64,000 nt of DNA from an uncultured Acidobacteriota bacterium (GTDB taxonomy: Bacteria; Acidobacteriota; Vicinamibacteria; Marinacidobacterales; SMYC01): NCBI GenBank assembly GCA_947259165.1, contig CAMYKY010000010.1, positions 34,433 through 98,432 of the forward strand, read 5' to 3'. The translations under genes were made by a program, and so were the position numbers. Shown in pieces: positions 59,688 through 64,000 of this stretch (positions within the stretch are counted from its first letter, which is position 1; the number at the start of each line of letters is the position of its first letter). The notes under the pieces are model-generated. The model was not told the origin of the DNA and ran no database searches. It saw nothing but the letters and a program-made list of their open reading frames with translations.

Positions 59688-60179
59688 GTGAAATTAGCAG
59701 CAATGGTATTGGCGGTCGCGATGTGCGCGGCCGCCTTGCGGGCGGACGAAGTCGCCGAAGAAGGCCAAGCCCCACCGCACTTCGCCCTCCCCGACGAGAA
59801 TGGTGAAGTCCACGACCTCGCTGACTTCATCGGCCGCCCGACGATTCTGTACTTCACCCACAACATGTGCCACTACTGCACACAAATCATCGCGTTCCTC
59901 AAACGCGCCCACGCAAAATACGAAGGCACCGACCTCGCCATCTTGACGTTGAACGTCTGGGCCGCTGACGACAAGTTCATCATCCGCTACAAAGAGGCCA
60001 TGGGCCTGCCTTTCACGATGCTCGCCGGAAAAAACTCACAGCTACTACGCGACTACGAAGTCAACTACGTCCCCATCATCGTTTTCATCGGACGAGACGG
60101 CAAGATCCGCCACATCTACCACCACTACGTGTTGCAGGGCGATTTCGAAAAAACCACCGCCGAGATCGTAGAAGAATAG
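59688..60179 (+). CDS. TlpA/AhpC-TSA family redoxin (CxxC)
   Basis: Signal peptide, AP.F.L.D..G, CHYC, cis-Pro context YVP and IGRDGKIR. Confidence 0.85.
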   Translation: MKLAAMVLAVAMCAAALRADEVAEEGQAPPHFALPDENGEVHDLADFIGRPTILYFTHNMCHYCTQIIAFLKRAHAKYEGTDLAILTLNVWAADDKFIIRYKEAMGLPFTMLAGKNSQLLRDYEVNYVPIIVFIGRDGKIRHIYHHYVLQGDFEKTTAEIVEE

Positions 60180-60183
60180 GTAA

Positions 60184-60240
60184 CCTCTCCCCCGAGGGGG
60201 AGTGGTCGGCCTCGCAAAGCGAGGCCGGGTGAGGGGGGAG
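60184..60240. repeat. CCTCTCCC/GGGTGAGGGG-type palindromic element (possible terminator)
   Basis: CTCCCCC-GA-GGGGGAG arms, a CGGCCTCGC-AAA-GCGAGGCCG hairpin and GGGTGAGGGGG. Confidence 0.65.
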
Positions 60241-60257
60241 CGGCGACCGCGTCTCGT

Positions 60258-60563
60258 TCAAGGAGCGAGCCGCTCGAGCTCGTCGAACCAGTTCAAGATT
60301 ATCCGAATCTCCGTCAGAGACTCGCCGTAAATTTCTTCGCTCATGATGAACGACTGACCGTCCGGCATCACGTCGTAGCCGGCGTGCCCGGTCTGGTCGA
60401 GCCGGAAGCTACCAGAGAATAGCTCCTCCGGCCTGCCAAATGGATTGACCGAATCTTCAGTCACGGGCACGCTCATGAGGGCGTCGCCGACACGATAGAA
60501 AAGCGCGGACCCATCGCGTGACCACATCGGTTCGGCGCCGCCGTCAATCGAGACCTTCCACTT
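60258..60563 (-). pseudogene. C-terminal fragment of a TolB-like/PD40 propeller (kinase-associated type)
   Basis: KWKVSIDGGAEPMWSRDG..LFYR ... YDV.PDGQ.F ... IILNWFDEL; an in-frame stop lies just upstream. Confidence 0.65.
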
Positions 60564-60637
60564 GTACCTGTCCCCTTTTTCGCCGCATTGCTAGGGCGGT
60601 TGCGTCGTGAAAATTTGCGTCCTATCCTCGAGCAACC

Positions 60638-60946
60638 ATGCCGAGAGAAACGCTACACATCGTCGCGCGCGCCATCGCTCGCGCGGGTACAGAATCACGG
60701 GTGCGCGAGCAGTTCGAGGCGCTCGTCGAGCCGACGCGCGCGGAGCCTGGGTGCCTGAGCTACGAGCTGTTCGTTCACGAGGAGAATCCGGCGGAGTTCC
60801 TGTTCGTCCAGGAGTATCAGGACGAAGCCGCGTTCGACGCCCACCTCGCCTCGGCGCACATCACCGCGATGCTGGAGGTCGTGTTGCCGCTGCTGGCCGA
60901 GCCGCCGGACATACGACGCTACCGGCGCCTGAGCTACTCCGCTTGA
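60638..60946 (+). CDS. Antibiotic biosynthesis monooxygenase (quinol monooxygenase-like)
   Basis: TRAEPGCLSYEL and AAFDAHLASAH. Confidence 0.85.
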   Translation: MPRETLHIVARAIARAGTESRVREQFEALVEPTRAEPGCLSYELFVHEENPAEFLFVQEYQDEAAFDAHLASAHITAMLEVVLPLLAEPPDIRRYRRLSYSA

Positions 60947-61305
60947 AGAGTTCTTACGTAGTGGACGACCTGCCAGCGCTCCTCCTCGGACAGCTTTGAC
61001 TCCATCGCCGGCATTGGGGTCTTCCCGACGGTCATCTTGTAGAAGATTTCACCGTCCGTCAGGCGTTGTCGCGCCTCACGGGTGGAGAGGTCGGGCGGTT
61101 TCTTGGGGAACATCGCAACGGCAGAGCCGTCACCTTGGAACGATTCCCCGTGGCACAGCACACATTGTTTTTTGTACGAGGCCTCGCCCGCCGCTAGCAA
61201 CTCGGGCGAGACCTCGAGCGGGTTCACCGTCGCTCGCTCCTGCTCGGGAACCTCCCACGCCTACGTCAGTGAGAGGACGCCACTCAAGAGCACGACGGCG
61301 TACAC
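60934..61305 (-). pseudogene. Monoheme cytochrome c with an in-frame TAG after the signal peptide
   Basis: GTG 61305 gives MYAVVLLSGVLSLT*AWEVP...NP...CVLCHG...TDGEIFYK...PMP; TAG at 61261-61263. Confidence 0.7.
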
Positions 61306-62072
61306 TATTCGCTGAAGGAGAAGCTGGCGTCGGCGCCATCGGCTCCGACGGTAACGCTCATCTGCTGGGTGCCGTACTTCTCGTGCCACGCCTCCACGAC
61401 GTAGTCACCAGCCGGCAAACCTGGAATCGAGTAGCTACCGTTGATGTCGGTCGTCGCGAAGAACGGGTGGTCGACGACGCCGACGTACGAGGCCATCCAT
61501 TTGTGCACGTCGCACTTGAAAGGAACCATGACCTCGGGATTGGCGAAGATTCTGTCGGTCGTCAATCCCTGGACCGGCTGGCCGATATTGAATTCCTTGT
61601 TGTCGGCCGGCATCGCGTGGATGTTGTGAAGCGTCTCGTCACTGTTTCTGATCGTGAGCGTCTGCCCCGCACGGACACCGAAGACGTGCGGTGTGTACAT
61701 ACAGCCCTGCTGGTCGAGCATCACAGCCTCGGTCGGGATATCGAACATCTGACCTTCGAGACCTTCTTTCACGTATACGAAGACGTTTTTCAACCCACCG
61801 CCGTCGCCAACAATAACGAACTCGGTCATCACAGCATCGGGGTGCATCCGGGCGCAACTCGGATCGGCGGCCATTTGAATTGCCGAAGCCTCAGGCGCCT
61901 CACCGTCGAACTTCACCGTCCCATTGAGCGCTCCCGCAGCGCCGCCACTCGGTGCACTAGCAGCCGGGGCCGGCTTCGCAGCCGGAGATGGCGCAGCCGC
62001 CTCGTCGCTGCCACCGCCACAACCGAGCGCGAGCGCCGAAATCACCAAAGACGACATCAAGATTCTGATCAT
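61305..62072 (-). CDS. Cupredoxin-like / carboxypeptidase-regulatory-domain lipoprotein
   Basis: Lipobox ALGC; LDQQGCMY.PH, NSD.TLHNIH, CDVHKWM and AWHEKYG. Confidence 0.8.
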   Translation of the reverse strand: MIRILMSSLVISALALGCGGGSDEAAAPSPAAKPAPAASAPSGGAAGALNGTVKFDGEAPEASAIQMAADPSCARMHPDAVMTEFVIVGDGGGLKNVFVYVKEGLEGQMFDIPTEAVMLDQQGCMYTPHVFGVRAGQTLTIRNSDETLHNIHAMPADNKEFNIGQPVQGLTTDRIFANPEVMVPFKCDVHKWMASYVGVVDHPFFATTDINGSYSIPGLPAGDYVVEAWHEKYGTQQMSVTVGADGADASFSFSE

Positions 62073-62107
62073 AAGAGACCCTCCCTATCTTTCGAAGGAC
62101 AGACTAG

Positions 62108-62123
62108 TGCAACGGGCGTTCCG
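62108..62123 (-). promoter_or_regulatory. Sigma54-like promoter
   Basis: Minus strand CGGAACGCCCGTTGCA (GG-N10-GC), about 35 bp upstream of ATG 62072. Confidence 0.45.
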
Positions 62124-62338
62124 GATCCAGGGAAATCAAGACGTCTAGTCTAGTTTGCCGTCAATTACTTACACCGAAGAGCTTCGATTATCGCCGCGTA
62201 GTCGACCGCCAAAGTGCGTCATTTGGCCCGGACAAAGCTGAGGATTCTGACGCACATCGACCCGCGAGCCGACGTGAAGTAACGCTGGCACTCGTACGCG
62301 GGTGCGCTTAGACTTTCGGACCAGAGGATGCCTTCACA

Positions 62339-63952
62339 ATGACGCGACCCTACTTCCTGGTTCAGACTGTCGCCGCCACGGTTTTGGCGCTCGCCACGCT
62401 CGTGCGCGCCGAGACGCTCGAGCTCACAACGGCCACCATCACCGAGATCCAGGCCGCGTTCGACGCGGGCGCGCTGAGCTCAGAAAGACTCGTGGAGCTT
62501 TGCCTGGCCCGGATCGAAGCGTATGACAAGACCGGACCGATGCTCAACGCGGTCATTACCGTGAACCCCAACGCACTCCAAAGAGCACGGGAGCTCGACG
62601 TAGAACGTCGACGGAGTGGGCGACGCTCACCCATGCACGGAATCCCGGTCGTATTGAAAGACAACTACGACACGGCGGATCTCCCGACGACGGCCGGCTC
62701 GTTCATGCTGGCGGGGTCGATCCCTCCCGACGATGCTTTCGTCGTGGCCAAGCTCCGCGAGGCCGGGGCGATCATCCTGGCGAAGCTCAACATGAGCGAA
62801 TTCGCTTCCGGGGCTCCAATGAGCTCGATCGCGGGTCCGACGCGCAATCCCCACGACCCGGCTCGCTCGCCTTCTGGCTCGTCAGGCGGTAGCGGCGCCG
62901 CGGTGGCTGCCGCCTATGCCCCCATCGGCTTCGGAACCGACACCGGCGGATCGGTACGCGGACCGTCCGCGGCCAACGGGATCGTCGGACTCAAGACAAC
63001 CCATGGCCTTTTGAGTCGCGACGGCATCGTACCGCTCGGCCTCTCGTTCGACACGGCCGGTCCCATGGCGCGCAACGTTGAGGGCATCGCCATCGTCCTC
63101 GGGGTGATCACCGGAATCGATCCCGCGGACGATTCGACACAGAAAAGTGATGGCAAGTTCGACACCGACTACACGCGGTTTCTCGACCCCGACGCGTTGC
63201 GCGGCACCCGTATCGGTGTGGCCCGCGATTTTCTCGAAAACGATCCTGACGTAGATTGGGTCATCGAAGCCTCGCTCGAGGCAATGCGCGCCGCGGGTGC
63301 CACCGTCGTCAACGTAAGCTTCCCCGAATGGCTCCTTGATTCCGAACGAAAATTCTACGACGCGATTCGCCATCGTGAATTTCCCGTGCAGATCCAAGAG
63401 TACCTGGCGACACTCGACGATGGATATCCGAAAACGCTCGACGAGATCGTGGAGCGCTCGATGAAGCTCCCCTCGCGGAACGAACAGGGTTTCGTTCCGA
63501 ATCCGTCACGTTGGAACTTGATGAAACGTGAGCTCGAGGCCGGCTCTCTCGAGGACTACGAGTACGTGTCCGTACACGAGCACGCGCTGCCGTTGGTACG
63601 CGGAATCATCGAAGGCATCCTGAACGCCGAGCAACTCGACGCCATCGTGTACCCGACGTCGCCGCGCCGTCCGCCCCAACGCGACGCCGATCCTGGAACA
63701 TCCAACGGTGGACGATCCCCGGTCCGTCTCGCCAACATGAGCGGGTTTCCGGACTTGATCGTGCCGGCCGGGTTCACCGGCACCGGCCTTCCGGTGTGCT
63801 TGTCGTTCCTCGGTCCCGCGTTCAGCGAGCCGCGACTGCTCGGTCTTGGTTACGCGTTCGAGCAAGCGACGAAAGCCCACCGGATTCCCGTGCACACGCC
63901 CTCGCTTCGGGGTGAGCGGTTCGAGTACCAGCCGCTCTCAACGCAGCCGTGA
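62339..63952 (+). CDS. Secreted amidase-signature family enzyme
   Basis: Signal peptide, GIPVVLKDN, SGSSGGSG and GTDTGGSVRGP. Confidence 0.93.
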   Translation: MTRPYFLVQTVAATVLALATLVRAETLELTTATITEIQAAFDAGALSSERLVELCLARIEAYDKTGPMLNAVITVNPNALQRARELDVERRRSGRRSPMHGIPVVLKDNYDTADLPTTAGSFMLAGSIPPDDAFVVAKLREAGAIILAKLNMSEFASGAPMSSIAGPTRNPHDPARSPSGSSGGSGAAVAAAYAPIGFGTDTGGSVRGPSAANGIVGLKTTHGLLSRDGIVPLGLSFDTAGPMARNVEGIAIVLGVITGIDPADDSTQKSDGKFDTDYTRFLDPDALRGTRIGVARDFLENDPDVDWVIEASLEAMRAAGATVVNVSFPEWLLDSERKFYDAIRHREFPVQIQEYLATLDDGYPKTLDEIVERSMKLPSRNEQGFVPNPSRWNLMKRELEAGSLEDYEYVSVHEHALPLVRGIIEGILNAEQLDAIVYPTSPRRPPQRDADPGTSNGGRSPVRLANMSGFPDLIVPAGFTGTGLPVCLSFLGPAFSEPRLLGLGYAFEQATKAHRIPVHTPSLRGERFEYQPLSTQP

Positions 63953-64000
63953 GCAAGGCTGGTAGCGAAAACAGCTCACGACGTGGTCATTCACCATGCC

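Noticed and set aside
61261..61263. Pyrrolysine or genome-wide TAG reassignment
   Set aside because: TAG is the normal stop of many genes here (e.g. nosZ, lhr), and the position is not catalytic.

Overview
GC-rich bacterial chromosomal window. Gene content (GWxTD protein, kinase-PEGA-TonB fusion, bshC, large NAD-GDH) suggests Acidobacteriota; this is inference. Mostly housekeeping and signalling genes: lepB, bshC, metH, glpK, recQ, gdhB, lhr, a sigma54 activator plus hybrid kinase, and an amidase. The main finding is a ~10.4-kb nitrous-oxide-reductase operon (49757-60179) of unusual design. It has a diheme cytochrome c, a clade-I-like NosZ with a probable Sec/SPII lipoprotein signal, a single-ORF NosR-NosD fusion, and nosF/nosY. 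NosL is missing; in its place are a cupredoxin-like lipoprotein, a SCO protein, a Tat-exported transglutaminase-like protein and a CxxC redoxin. The operon follows a sigma54-type promoter and is bracketed by gene fragments and repeat elements. Other findings: a deiodinase-like selenoprotein split by an in-frame TGA in the ORF track (26442-27215); a stand-alone sigma54 -> FliA -> FlgM cascade with recognisable promoters; a cytochrome c gene with an in-frame TAG; and several families of intergenic tandem/inverted-repeat elements, one apparently translated as the RecQ N-terminus. No rRNA, tRNA, CRISPR array or intact transposase was recognised. All calls come from reading motifs by eye; no database searches were run.
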